The notes under the pieces: generated by a model | The model's database searches: none | Seen by the model: the letters and a program-made list of their open reading frames with translations, nothing else | What the model was told of the DNA's origin: nothing | Origin: a virus | Reading direction: 5' to 3' (one strand) | Length of the DNA stretch: 64,000 bases | IMG/VR virus record: IMGVR_UViG_3300005663_000028 | Span: 96,001 to 160,000 of that record | Part shown: positions 50,974 through 60,273 of the stretch, in pieces | How positions within the stretch are numbered: the first letter of the stretch is position 1 | Layout: each line of letters begins with the position of its first letter | Made by a program: the position numbers and the translations under genes

Positions 50974-52483
50974 TAATTGTCCCTTTTTGGTTTGTTATAG
51001 TAAAATCGACATTTGTTCGAAATTCATTAATATCAGAACATCCAGCATACGATATTCCCGACCTTAAAGAACCTGCATATCTTTTAAGTAACTTTTCTAA
51101 TGATTCTCCTAGTGGAAGGTATTTTACGCAACCTTCCGGGGCGTCATTACTTACTGAGCCTCTCCATTTTTCTTGTACTAATCTACTGGCCATTCCTGCA
51201 TAGATTTTTTCTCCGTGTTCATTTAACAAGGCGGCACTTTCCGGGCATGAAGCAAAAATCTTACCAGCCATTACACTCGATGAGCCTGCGGCTATTGCCT
51301 TAACAAAGTCTGCTGGTTCCCTAATTCCTCCATCGCTAATTATTGGTAATCCGTAGGTTCTAGAGGCTGTTATACATTTCTGGATGGCTGAAAATTGTTT
51401 CTCCGTTACACCTGCCGTATTTTTGGTTTCACAAACAAATCCTTGTGCTATCCCAACCTTTACGGCCGATGCAAAGTCTGCGCTTTCTGCGAACAAACCT
51501 GGGTTAATTGTATTTCCAACTACGATATGAACGTTTGGTGCAAACTGTTTAATTAGACGGCCAAGTTCTATAACAGGTTCACAATATCCATGCGCTACAT
51601 CAATAAAAATAATATTAGCATTAGCCCGAATGAGCTTCTTGGCTAGATCAAATTGTGAAACACCGATACCTACCGAAACCGCTACCCATCTGTTGTTTTT
51701 ATGTATTTGGTTAGTCCATTTTTCCAACACGTTATCAGAAGAGGCCCTATGGAGAACCCCCATAGCTCCTAATTTTTCTAATAAAATACAAAATTCAGGG
51801 TTGGTTACAGTGCTCATGTTAGAAGCAATTAATGGAATATCTAATTCAACACCTCTTATTATTTCGGATACAATATTTACATTAGACCGTGATTGAACTA
51901 CTGATTTTTTTTGAAGAATACTGACGTCTTCGAATCCGAGAGATATTGGTGTTGTCGACATTTTGATAGAGGGGTTAATAAAATATTCACAAGTACTATG
52001 GTCAAAATGAATAATACCCCGACCGACGAGATCAAAAGCAATTTTTTCCAATTTTGAATGTAATTTTCTATGGTTGGAATTACTTGATACGGCACAGAGG
52101 TTTGTCAATGAGTTATCGTCTTTTCGGCCGTTAATGTGGTGGATTATCCACCCATTATCTATCAAATTAAACCCCGTGGTTTCTTCCATAACTAGATGGT
52201 GTTCCCCAATATAGCGTTTTCGTCTTTCATCCCAAATCATTATGTAATTACCAGGCTTACCGGCCTTGATTTTCCTACCGAATCTGGTTTTTATTTTTTG
52301 GTTGTCCCTGCTTCTGGAGCATGGTCCACACAAATCCTTTCCCCATTTTTCCCTAGAATCTTTGGCTTTTCTCCACTGTGGTTTACTTTCTGTCCCACAA
52401 GAGTCACATATCTTTAATACTAGGTATGTTCTCTTTAATGTTGAAAAGTCGTTTATTGTTTTATTATCAAGTGTTTTGATCAT
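50957..52483 (-). CDS. HNH endonuclease fused in frame to an IMP dehydrogenase / GMP reductase family enzyme
   Basis: N-terminal CxxC pairs, EHHLVME..IHHINGRKDDN..NL (HNH); from residue ~175 SLGFEDV, IPLIASNMSTV, IFIDVAHG, KVGIAQGFVCET, IISDGGI, YAGMAS. Confidence 0.88.
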   Translation of the reverse strand: MIKTLDNKTINDFSTLKRTYLVLKICDSCGTESKPQWRKAKDSREKWGKDLCGPCSRSRDNQKIKTRFGRKIKAGKPGNYIMIWDERRKRYIGEHHLVMEETTGFNLIDNGWIIHHINGRKDDNSLTNLCAVSSNSNHRKLHSKLEKIAFDLVGRGIIHFDHSTCEYFINPSIKMSTTPISLGFEDVSILQKKSVVQSRSNVNIVSEIIRGVELDIPLIASNMSTVTNPEFCILLEKLGAMGVLHRASSDNVLEKWTNQIHKNNRWVAVSVGIGVSQFDLAKKLIRANANIIFIDVAHGYCEPVIELGRLIKQFAPNVHIVVGNTINPGLFAESADFASAVKVGIAQGFVCETKNTAGVTEKQFSAIQKCITASRTYGLPIISDGGIREPADFVKAIAAGSSSVMAGKIFASCPESAALLNEHGEKIYAGMASRLVQEKWRGSVSNDAPEGCVKYLPLGESLEKLLKRYAGSLRSGISYAGCSDINEFRTNVDFTITNQKGTINDVCR

Positions 52484-52596
52484 GTTGTTGCTTCAGCTAG
52501 TCTGATAATTATATTCTGGGTCTTGTTCGAATTCAGAGAAGGTCGTTGCGGGACCAGCAAGATGTCGTTAAAACAAAGATCGTGTTGTTCAGTCAT
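52480..52596 (-). pseudogene. orphaned 38-aa N-terminus of an IMPDH/GMPR gene (MTEQHDLCFNDILLVPQRPSLNSNKTQNIIIRLAEATT)
   Basis: read manually; LCFNDILLVPQ matches the GuaB/GuaC start motif LTFDDVLLVP; TAATG-coupled upstream and ATGA-coupled to the HNH fusion. Confidence 0.8.
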
Positions 52597-52853
52597 TAGT
52601 CAATTTTCCATTTCTTGTTTTTCCCAAGGGTTAGTCCTAACGCGAAAGCTCTCACTTCGTCTAGAGATTGAAATACCCCCATTTTAGTTTCACATCTTGG
52701 GTCTTGGCTATCCATCATAGACTGCCATTTGTTTATATACCTACTATCTCCCACAATAAAGTTTTGATTATTTAAGATATCAAGGAAATAACAGTTTCTT
52801 CTCAGTTCGTCTTGTAATCGACGAAATCTAATTACCGTGGTAGAGTCGTACAT
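52596..52853 (-). CDS. small hypothetical protein
   Basis: ORF track. Confidence 0.55.
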   Translation of the reverse strand: MYDSTTVIRFRRLQDELRRNCYFLDILNNQNFIVGDSRYINKWQSMMDSQDPRCETKMGVFQSLDEVRAFALGLTLGKNKKWKID

Positions 52854-52865
52854 TTGTTTCTCTCC

Positions 52866-53294
52866 TTAAAGTTTTATTTTTCTTACCAACGAATATTTCT
52901 TTTTGTCTGTTGGTTTCGGTTTGGGATTTTTGACGGCGTACTCGGATGCATAATTTTTACCACCATGCCCTTCAACCACATTCAATACACTGTCTCCCGG
53001 TGCCGCTGCTGGTGCCCCCGCACACATTTTGAAAAATTGTTCTGGACTTATTAAGTCTATTCCTAAATATCGAGCAATTTTTGCCTTAGCAGACATGCTT
53101 GCCGGGTCAGCTATAACCAGTATAGTTGTTTTACTAGTTACTGTTTTGGTTGTTGACGCATTGGCAGCTACTGCTATGGCCTCCATTTCGCTACGAGGTT
53201 TAGGACTTTTACCTGTGAAGCAGAATATTGCTGGCTTTATGGCTCCAGTACTGTCATTCAAAAATTGCATTGGCATTTCTATTCTGGTCCCCAA
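52866..53294 (-). CDS. stand-alone BRCT-domain protein (NAD-ligase C-terminal type)
   Basis: FCFTGK..RSEME......TVTSKTTILVI...SAKAKIARYLGIDLISPEQF. Confidence 0.82.
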   Translation of the reverse strand: MGTRIEMPMQFLNDSTGAIKPAIFCFTGKSPKPRSEMEAIAVAANASTTKTVTSKTTILVIADPASMSAKAKIARYLGIDLISPEQFFKMCAGAPAAAPGDSVLNVVEGHGGKNYASEYAVKNPKPKPTDKKKYSLVRKIKL

Positions 53295-53493
53295 CTGTAT
53301 GACTTAAGAACCTTTCCATCTCTTTTAACCTCGAACGATCCACTACCATCTGCATTTATAGTGGTTGAGGAGAATGTTCTCCAAGTATCCGCTTTACCCG
53401 TAGCCGATTGACTACCGAGTCTACTAGACCCTTTACACCTATTTGCATCATATCCAAAAGCTCTTGCTCTACATTTAGCCATAACAATTCTCC

Positions 53494-53910
53494 TTACCTA
53501 TATCCAGTAATCTCAACCCTTTGGTGACCACTCTCAGGGCATCGCTCTCTAGTGACGGTCCGCCCCATCTCTTCTTGGTCTAGCTTCAGTTTATGAAACG
53601 CATAATTTTGCCTGAGTTGCCCAACCCATTTTGCCCCATACCTAGTGGAGTCATATTCTGAGATAATGGCTTGATATGTTTCTTCTTCGGTTTTTGCGAA
53701 ACCCAAATCATTAGACATGTCTCCGACATGTCTCTTTCGGATTATGATATGGGCCTTCTCTGCCCTCTCGTCATCTTTCCAGCCAACGAGAGACTGAGGG
53801 GTAGCATGTACCTCTATTTGGTCGAGGCTCCACTTACCAGTTTCCATTAAAGCAGCGACTAATGCTGTTTTGTCGGTAAAAACGGTCTTTACTATGCAAT
53901 ATCTTGACAC
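53494..53910 (-). CDS. DUF1257 (Ycf35-like) protein
   Basis: SRY..VKTVFTDKTALVAAL...L.GW...R...A.III.......SNDLGF...Y.AIISEYD...L.QNYA; GTG start with GGAG RBS. Confidence 0.78.
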   Translation of the reverse strand: MSRYCIVKTVFTDKTALVAALMETGKWSLDQIEVHATPQSLVGWKDDERAEKAHIIIRKRHVGDMSNDLGFAKTEEETYQAIISEYDSTRYGAKWVGQLRQNYAFHKLKLDQEEMGRTVTRERCPESGHQRVEITGYR

Positions 53911-53911
53911 G

Positions 53912-54943
53912 TTATTCTCCTTGGTTTTTGAGGTACCGGGCTCTTGCAAAAGCATTTAGGGGTGGAATTACCACCCCATTACATTCACAATTATTCTGTA
54001 ATTCTCCACAGTCTGAGCAAAATGAGTCATCGCAACGACAGGGATAAAAATCACAATCACCACACCATTCGTCGTCGTCATTATCATTCCATTTCTTTAT
54101 CCCCGCACGAGGGTACCATTTACAGACAGTGGAATCATTTTGAAGGACATCACCGCATCTGCACCTACGTGGAGATACCACTTTGGGATCGTCAGGACAG
54201 ACACAGTCGAATCCGTGGCAATCTTCACATAGTTCGTCGCAGATACACACATCTTCGAGACAAACATCGCACCAAGGATCATTTTCATCACTGTCGTCTA
54301 GACAATCGGTACACCATACCTCTCCCTTTTCACGATCCATAATACCACAAAGATTGCACCCGGCGTTATCTTTGTCGAGCCCGCATAAACATTGACAATG
54401 AACATCGTCTACGAAACCACAATCACAGTCAAGGAAATCATCTAGACAGCTTTTACAGATGAATCTGCCGTCAGTTGTTTTCCTTGCAATACTACAAACG
54501 GAACATCCCCTACCCTCACAGCAGTCACTTACGCTATCACTACATTCGATACAACAATCATTGTCTTCGTCACAGAGACAGTCACAATCATGGTCACTAT
54601 TGTGACCCGAGCAATCAATGAATCTTTGGTGACATTTATCGCATGTGTCGTCTGCTATACATTCTTCGCATAGTTTTTTGTTACCATCAGCCAAACTTCC
54701 GTTACAATCGACACAAGTTCCTCGATAGACTTCGTCAGCATCAGCTTTGCACTGATCATCTTGACTACATTCGGGACACTCACATCGACCAGCCATAAAC
54801 TCGTTAATACTGGTCAATAAATCATGGATCGCTATCGCGTCGGGAGTGTTGACCCCTTCTGATGTGCGAATCCAACCGTGGTCCCATATTCTTTGGAATT
54901 CCTGAAATAAAGACGTCGCTACTTGAATATTACTTTTTACCAT
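53912..54943 (-). CDS. very Cys/Asp-rich repeat protein (51 Cys in 343 aa)
   Basis: repeated CxxC-x4-6-CxC units; AGGAG RBS upstream. Confidence 0.75.
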   Translation of the reverse strand: MVKSNIQVATSLFQEFQRIWDHGWIRTSEGVNTPDAIAIHDLLTSINEFMAGRCECPECSQDDQCKADADEVYRGTCVDCNGSLADGNKKLCEECIADDTCDKCHQRFIDCSGHNSDHDCDCLCDEDNDCCIECSDSVSDCCEGRGCSVCSIARKTTDGRFICKSCLDDFLDCDCGFVDDVHCQCLCGLDKDNAGCNLCGIMDREKGEVWCTDCLDDSDENDPWCDVCLEDVCICDELCEDCHGFDCVCPDDPKVVSPRRCRCGDVLQNDSTVCKWYPRAGIKKWNDNDDDEWCGDCDFYPCRCDDSFCSDCGELQNNCECNGVVIPPLNAFARARYLKNQGE

Positions 54944-54954
54944 TTTTTCTCTCC

Positions 54955-55215
54955 TTAAAGTTCCGAGGGTTTTTGAAATTTACGTGGTTTAGGATTTTTG
55001 TTTTCCCATTGTAGTAAGCCTGTTTTTATTTCTGCCTCCATTTGTTCTTTTAGTTTTTGAACTATTTTTAATCTTTGTTTATGCTTTTTATCATCCCATT
55101 TAACAAACTCTGATGTGAGCTTTTTCTTTCCGTTACAGTACCCACACCGTACAGAGCGGTGCCCCAACCTTGTTTTTCCTTGTCCGTAACACTCGGGACA
55201 ATTCCTAATTTTCAT
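54955..55215 (-). CDS. small DnaJ-type zinc-finger protein
   Basis: CPECYGQG...CGYCNG. Confidence 0.6.
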   Translation of the reverse strand: MKIRNCPECYGQGKTRLGHRSVRCGYCNGKKKLTSEFVKWDDKKHKQRLKIVQKLKEQMEAEIKTGLLQWENKNPKPRKFQKPSEL

Positions 55216-56204
55216 AATATGATCCTTCGTTTGAGTTCCCCAAGGAACCCACCTGCATTTTCACCCTCTGCCGCCGCCTTTTGTCTAATCGAGTTTAGCG
55301 CATTTGTTACTCCATCCTGCACTGTGGTTGATTCGAAATCTTCAGGAGATGCTGTAGAGTCCAGAAACATTTCGCTAAACTCTGTGAGCATTTTTTCTAT
55401 GTCTTGGTCTTCAAAGATATTCATCTTCCGGAAACGATCGACGTACTTGCGATAGCTGGTAATTGACCTAGCTGTTAGTTTCTTGCTCTTCTCCTCATCC
55501 TTGTAAGGTTGGCCACTGACACGGGCGGTCATCATGTCACAGAATTCGATCGTTTCTTGTCGCATGGCGGCTACATATTCGCCTACGAATTTCTCCACCT
55601 CTTTCTGCATTTGTTGTCGAAGTTCTTTTTCTCGTTCTATCTGGATTTTTTGTTTCGCCGAAACTTCCTCGACTGTGGTTTCTTGGATTGATCCAATCCC
55701 AGCTATTTGGAACAAATACCAATCGAACTTATATCGCTTTCTGAGGTGCTTTGTGCTTGCCGGGTAGTTTCCCTTGAGACATTTTTCCCAAAAATCAGGA
55801 TGATCCTCCTTTATTTTACCAACGGTGTCGTCGAATCTGACCATGAAGCTGTCTACCCTATTGAAAAATTCCTCTTTGAGGTCTTTCAACTGTTGCTCTA
55901 CGGTAGTTAGAATGTTGTTCGGTACAAAATGGGCGCTAGCCACGCAAAACGGGATTGACCATTGTTCCAGAATCTTCCTTGCTTTTTGACTTATCTGGTC
56001 AAAGGCTTGAAGCTCTTCCTTTGGCACCATTAATTTTCTGCCGAGGTTGACTATGTCGCTTGGAAGATTCTCTTGGTTTTCATATCCCATCTTGACGAGG
56101 TCTGCTCGTGTTAGCATTTTGCGTCCGCTCCACACCCCTATCTTAAGATTGACGAGTGTTCCAAGTTCAAACAGATTGATTGTGTTTTTGTCTGTCGTTG
56201 TCAT
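55212..56204 (-). CDS. DUF3150-like protein
   Basis: LVNLKIGVWSGRK.L....L.....LP.....LG.K....E.L..F..I...A...L....PF.....FVP pattern. Confidence 0.65.
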   Translation of the reverse strand: MTTTDKNTINLFELGTLVNLKIGVWSGRKMLTRADLVKMGYENQENLPSDIVNLGRKLMVPKEELQAFDQISQKARKILEQWSIPFCVASAHFVPNNILTTVEQQLKDLKEEFFNRVDSFMVRFDDTVGKIKEDHPDFWEKCLKGNYPASTKHLRKRYKFDWYLFQIAGIGSIQETTVEEVSAKQKIQIEREKELRQQMQKEVEKFVGEYVAAMRQETIEFCDMMTARVSGQPYKDEEKSKKLTARSITSYRKYVDRFRKMNIFEDQDIEKMLTEFSEMFLDSTASPEDFESTTVQDGVTNALNSIRQKAAAEGENAGGFLGELKRRIIL

Positions 56205-56213
56205 TTTTTTATC

Positions 56214-57797
56214 CTAGTTTGAGTTAGGGTCTCCATTACTCAATACAATTTTTCTACCTTCTGCTTTTGGTTGAGGATTCTCCTTATGGGGATTTGCGGG
56301 CTTCGCGTGTTTTTTGCACCACATTCTTATTGAACCAATACGATCCGATTCAGTTACTGATAGTGGTATAATTTCTCCTATTGCTTGTATCAGGTGTTTT
56401 TGCTTAAGCTTTTTATCATTTCCAAATGCTATCTTTAAGGACACCTTAACTATTTGTTCTATATCGGCTCCCGTACACCCAGGAGTGGCAATTGCCAGTT
56501 TTGTAATATCTAAATCTTTTGATATTTTATTTCTTTTGGAAAGATGGATATTGAATATTTCTTGACGCTCTCCTTCGCTCGGCAGGTCTAATCCAAAAAT
56601 TTCATCGAACCGCCCTTTGCGACAAAATTCTGGAGGCAGTGACTGGACCTGATTAGCTGTCGCTATTACATAGACAGGGGATGTTTTATCATTTAGCCAT
56701 TTCAGAAATATTCCAAAGACCCTACGAGAAGAACCTCCATCTGAATCTCCGGTTCCTCCGAAGCCTTTTTCTATCTCGTCCAAAACAAGTACACAAGGAG
56801 CGATAGTCTCAAGCATCCTGATAGCATCTCTCATATTAGACTCTGATTCCCCAACATACTTATTCATAATACTACCAACGTCGAGCGAAATAAGTGGTAA
56901 GCCAAGTTCAGAAGCAACGGCCAGAGAGAGTAATGTTTTTCCACAGCCAGGAATACCGACGAGCATCAATCCTTTAGGAAACTCAATACCAAAATCCCTT
57001 GCCTCTTGGGTGAAGCAGGGTTGATCTAATCGAATGTGTTGTTTCAACGCTTCATAACCACCAACACTATCTAAACCACCTTCTGGGGGTTCTATGTAGG
57101 TAAGCAACCCAGACGCACGAATTATGGCAGCTTTTTCCCTAATTATTGTTTGGACTGCATCGACATTCAGGTCTTTATGTTTTCTCAACGCCAACGCAAC
57201 TCTGTCTGCCACCTGCTGAGTAATCATTCCTTGACACGCATCGATAATTTGTGGTAAGATTTCTGGATCGGGTTCAAATTTACCCCCGTCTTCTGTTTCC
57301 ACACTACGACATACATAAGAGATTCGTTCTGCTATCTGCTTTTTGTCTGGTAGACTGAATTCAATAGTTGTTATGTCATGAAGTAACTGTTTGGGTACAT
57401 GGAAATCCGGTCCGACGAAAACGATGGTTTGTTCTACGGACGATATTATTTTGCGCAGATCATCTAAATATCCTATGGCCATGTCGTGTTTTGAGTACTT
57501 GCCTTGTTGTAGATAGAGTCCAAAATCTCTTAAAACACAAACGGTTTTCTCTGGGAACCCAAGAATTGCTGGTAAATGATCCTCGACGGGCACCTTCGAC
57601 TTAGGAGCCCCGCTTACCGCTATTCCTCCTTCGTCAATCCATCCCTGGGAGATGGACCACACAAAGACTTTCCTGTCAATTTCTGCCGCCGCCTCTGCAA
57701 TTTCAGCAATAGCCCTGTCTTTTTCAAAGGTATCTACATTCAACAAAGCATGACCCGAAAGTATGTAATCGATAAGGTCTTCTTTGAAATTTCCCAT
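56214..57797 (-). CDS. Ycf46-family AAA+ ATPase
   Basis: degenerate N-terminal ATPase-like region; VGGYEALK, PKGLMLVGIPGCGKT, VGESE, CVLVLDEIEK, ATAN, RKGRFDEIF, GCTGADIE. Confidence 0.88.
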   Translation of the reverse strand: MGNFKEDLIDYILSGHALLNVDTFEKDRAIAEIAEAAAEIDRKVFVWSISQGWIDEGGIAVSGAPKSKVPVEDHLPAILGFPEKTVCVLRDFGLYLQQGKYSKHDMAIGYLDDLRKIISSVEQTIVFVGPDFHVPKQLLHDITTIEFSLPDKKQIAERISYVCRSVETEDGGKFEPDPEILPQIIDACQGMITQQVADRVALALRKHKDLNVDAVQTIIREKAAIIRASGLLTYIEPPEGGLDSVGGYEALKQHIRLDQPCFTQEARDFGIEFPKGLMLVGIPGCGKTLLSLAVASELGLPLISLDVGSIMNKYVGESESNMRDAIRMLETIAPCVLVLDEIEKGFGGTGDSDGGSSRRVFGIFLKWLNDKTSPVYVIATANQVQSLPPEFCRKGRFDEIFGLDLPSEGERQEIFNIHLSKRNKISKDLDITKLAIATPGCTGADIEQIVKVSLKIAFGNDKKLKQKHLIQAIGEIIPLSVTESDRIGSIRMWCKKHAKPANPHKENPQPKAEGRKIVLSNGDPNSN

Positions 57798-57844
57798 AGA
57801 AAAATCTCCATATGTTTGTTTAGTTAATTAAAGGAATCTTGTAC

Positions 57845-58060
57845 TCAAGATTCCAGGAGTGAACGGACTTGGAAAAGCTCATTTCGAGTAGAGAAGACAT
57901 CAAACCCCAAATCTTTCACCAGTAACGATAGGTGCTCCAATAACACCTCTATATCATCCTCGTGTTTGGCAGATTTCTTTCTGCTTATCAGACTATCAGG
58001 CCCGATATCCTCTCGATTAAGGATTTCCCTCAATTTGGCTTTTATTTGCTTCTGATCCAT
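57845..58060 (-). CDS. small hypothetical protein, probably leaderless
   Basis: ATG lies 6 nt downstream of TATAAT of promoter copy 5. Confidence 0.6.
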   Translation of the reverse strand: MDQKQIKAKLREILNREDIGPDSLISRKKSAKHEDDIEVLLEHLSLLVKDLGFDVFSTRNELFQVRSLLES

Positions 58061-58066
58061 CACCTT

Positions 58067-58101
58067 ATTATACGTCCAACTCCTTTTTTTGTTTCATAAA
58101 T
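58067..58101 (-). promoter_or_regulatory. conserved phage promoter copy 5 (GAAACA-N17-TATAAT)
   Basis: -35 at 58095-58090, -10 at 58072-58067; spacer AAAAAAGGAGTTGGACG closely matches copy 3. Confidence 0.75.
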
Positions 58102-58116
58102 CCTAGCTTTTCTTTT

Positions 58117-59332
58117 TCATGAGTTCTCGGACCTGGACTGCGGAACAACCGAACCTTCATCATTCCTGAAAAGCCCTATCTTCCCCAACACGACTTTTTC
58201 TGTCTGGCTACCCCCATCACACCCACTAATCTCAACCCAATGAGTATGACAAAGGTTTTTCCCGATATACTTGTAATCGGACATATTCCGACATCGGGGG
58301 AAGTCACATATCATACTAGCTCTACGTTATGTATCGTTAAATTACCCAAAGTTCCATCCCACTCATCAGGATATGGTCTTGCTCTCATAAGGCGACTTCT
58401 GGGCATAGTTGTTGATATCATTTCTGTAGTACGGCCCTTTTTCTCCCAATACAAAATACTATATTCGTCTTTACAATACGCCCCTCCCATGACTATGCAT
58501 ACTTGTTCGTCATAACCAGTACAATTTTTGTTGTCAAACCTAACAATCGCCAAATCACCAATTCTCGCCCTCATCACTTTACCCCTTTGTTTGTTACGAG
58601 TCGTCTACTTGGTCTGTAAACAACTCTGGGTCCAGGTCAGTTTCTTCAATAGTTTTTTTATCATATAGTACATCGCCGCATGTATCTAGGATGTGTCCCA
58701 GTTTACGAAGGATACGAGAACCTTTTCGGTGATCACCAGTGCTACACAATTGATTAGACATAGCCCCTATGATTCCCCTCTGAACTACAATGGTTGTCTC
58801 TCCTGTTGCCGTATTGACTTCGACAACTTCGAACGGCGGGTCATTCCGGGTTTCACGTTCCATCTGATCTGACATTTTCATACTCCTGTCTTAAAAAGAG
58901 ATTAGTGCCTGTAATTTCATTTTGTTTCGTTTGAGTTTGTGACAACAAACTCTATTTCATCGGCCCGGTAACGACCTTTGAGACCATCATCCCACTCCAC
59001 AGAGATGATTGCTCCTTCTTCGTCAAAATTGATTTCCCCAATCTCTCCCAAACCAAACTGGCCGTGCTCTACCTTAATGATTGCAGTCATCTGATTACCT
59101 CCGCATAATATTTTTTTGCAATAGCTCTCCACGCGACTAGGATAATTACGGTGTCTGCGGCTCCAGGAACATTAAAATGCGACTTTAATTCCTTAACCCA
59201 TTTTGGACATCCTGGCCCTTTCCAAACTCCATTCCTTTCTAAGTACATCAAGTCTTGGTATATTTCATCTGCTTGACACAATATTAAATCATTGGCAAGA
59301 ATTTCTTCTGCTATTGACAGTACGTGTGACAT
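58117..59332 (-). other. five small hypothetical CDS
   Basis: ORF track (58117-58314, 58311-58577, 58594-58881, 58917-59093, 59087-59332). Confidence 0.5.
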
Positions 59333-59422
59333 AATTCAACTCTCCCTTTAAGAGCCAGAACTTTTTTGTGGTGTATAACATATATGCTTTGGTACATAAA
59401 TTGGTAGAAAAGGAGGTTTACG

Positions 59423-59662
59423 ATGAGTAAACGTATTACAAGACTGTTACTGGTTGCTGGTTTTCTGTTCTGTGTTACAGGATGTTCTATAGTTACGAAC
59501 GGTGAAGCTAGTTGGGAAGTATTCATGGGTGCAAGACACAAACAGATTGGTGAAAAGCCCGCTTCTGTTGGTATACAGTCCAAGGTCATAGAAGATGTGA
59601 TTTCTGCTATGGTCGGGACCAAAGATGCCCCGGAAGATACCCCAGAAAATACTCCTGAGTAA
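59423..59662 (+). CDS. small lipoprotein, paralog 1
   Basis: AGGAGG RBS; signal peptide with VTGC lipobox; SWEVFMG. Confidence 0.7.
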   Translation: MSKRITRLLLVAGFLFCVTGCSIVTNGEASWEVFMGARHKQIGEKPASVGIQSKVIEDVISAMVGTKDAPEDTPENTPE

Positions 59663-59677
59663 TTAATAGCTACTGTG

Positions 59678-59965
59678 ATGAGAAACATTAGTATACTACT
59701 ACTATCCGTCTACCTACTCATATTTTCTCTAAGCTGTTCCGTTACAACGAGGGGTGGTAGTTGGGAAATTTTCACTGGAGTTAGGATAACTCAACACAGC
59801 ATACAACAGCCTTCTATCGGAATAGAGTCTCAAGTTTTAGACGGGCTTATTGAGGCTCTTACTGATGGAAAAATAACACCTGCCGAAAAAGAAATCATAA
59901 TTAAAATCATCTGGTGGACTGCTAAGTGGTACTTTAACATTCCCGGTGTGATGGATTTGTTTTAG
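59678..59965 (+). CDS. small lipoprotein, paralog 2
   Basis: signal peptide with SLSC lipobox; SWEIFTG; similar to paralog 1. Confidence 0.68.
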   Translation: MRNISILLLSVYLLIFSLSCSVTTRGGSWEIFTGVRITQHSIQQPSIGIESQVLDGLIEALTDGKITPAEKEIIIKIIWWTAKWYFNIPGVMDLF

Positions 59966-59994
59966 TTCTGTGTTTGCGAACATACCTTAATAGT

Positions 59995-60273
59995 TTATTC
60001 CCCCCTCTTGTCTTCCAAAAGTGTACGGAGCACCGCACACTCGCGCCGCGTAGCTTCAAGGTCAAATACAACATAGTTTGTGACCAACCTTACGGAATTC
60101 ATGGAATCCATAACAGTCGAAAGGACTTTACCGACAGTCTGGAGATTCTCTTTGTGTTGTTCATCTTGTTGTTCCTCGACCATAAGACTTATTCCTTCTT
60201 TTAGTTTTGATAGACTGCTTATTAGTCCACTGAGGAGGTTTACGAGTTCGTCTCCTGATTTTTCTTTAGACAT
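59995..60273 (-). CDS. coiled-coil hypothetical protein
   Basis: ORF track; likely start MSKEK. Confidence 0.55.
   Translation of the reverse strand: MSKEKSGDELVNLLSGLISSLSKLKEGISLMVEEQQDEQHKENLQTVGKVLSTVMDSMNSVRLVTNYVVFDLEATRRECAVLRTLLEDKRGE

Noticed and set aside
51958-52596. Group I intron carrying the HNH inside guaB
   Set aside because: The downstream part has its own copy of the N-terminal motif, so splicing would duplicate it. The HNH is in frame with the enzyme, and no intron core was recognised.
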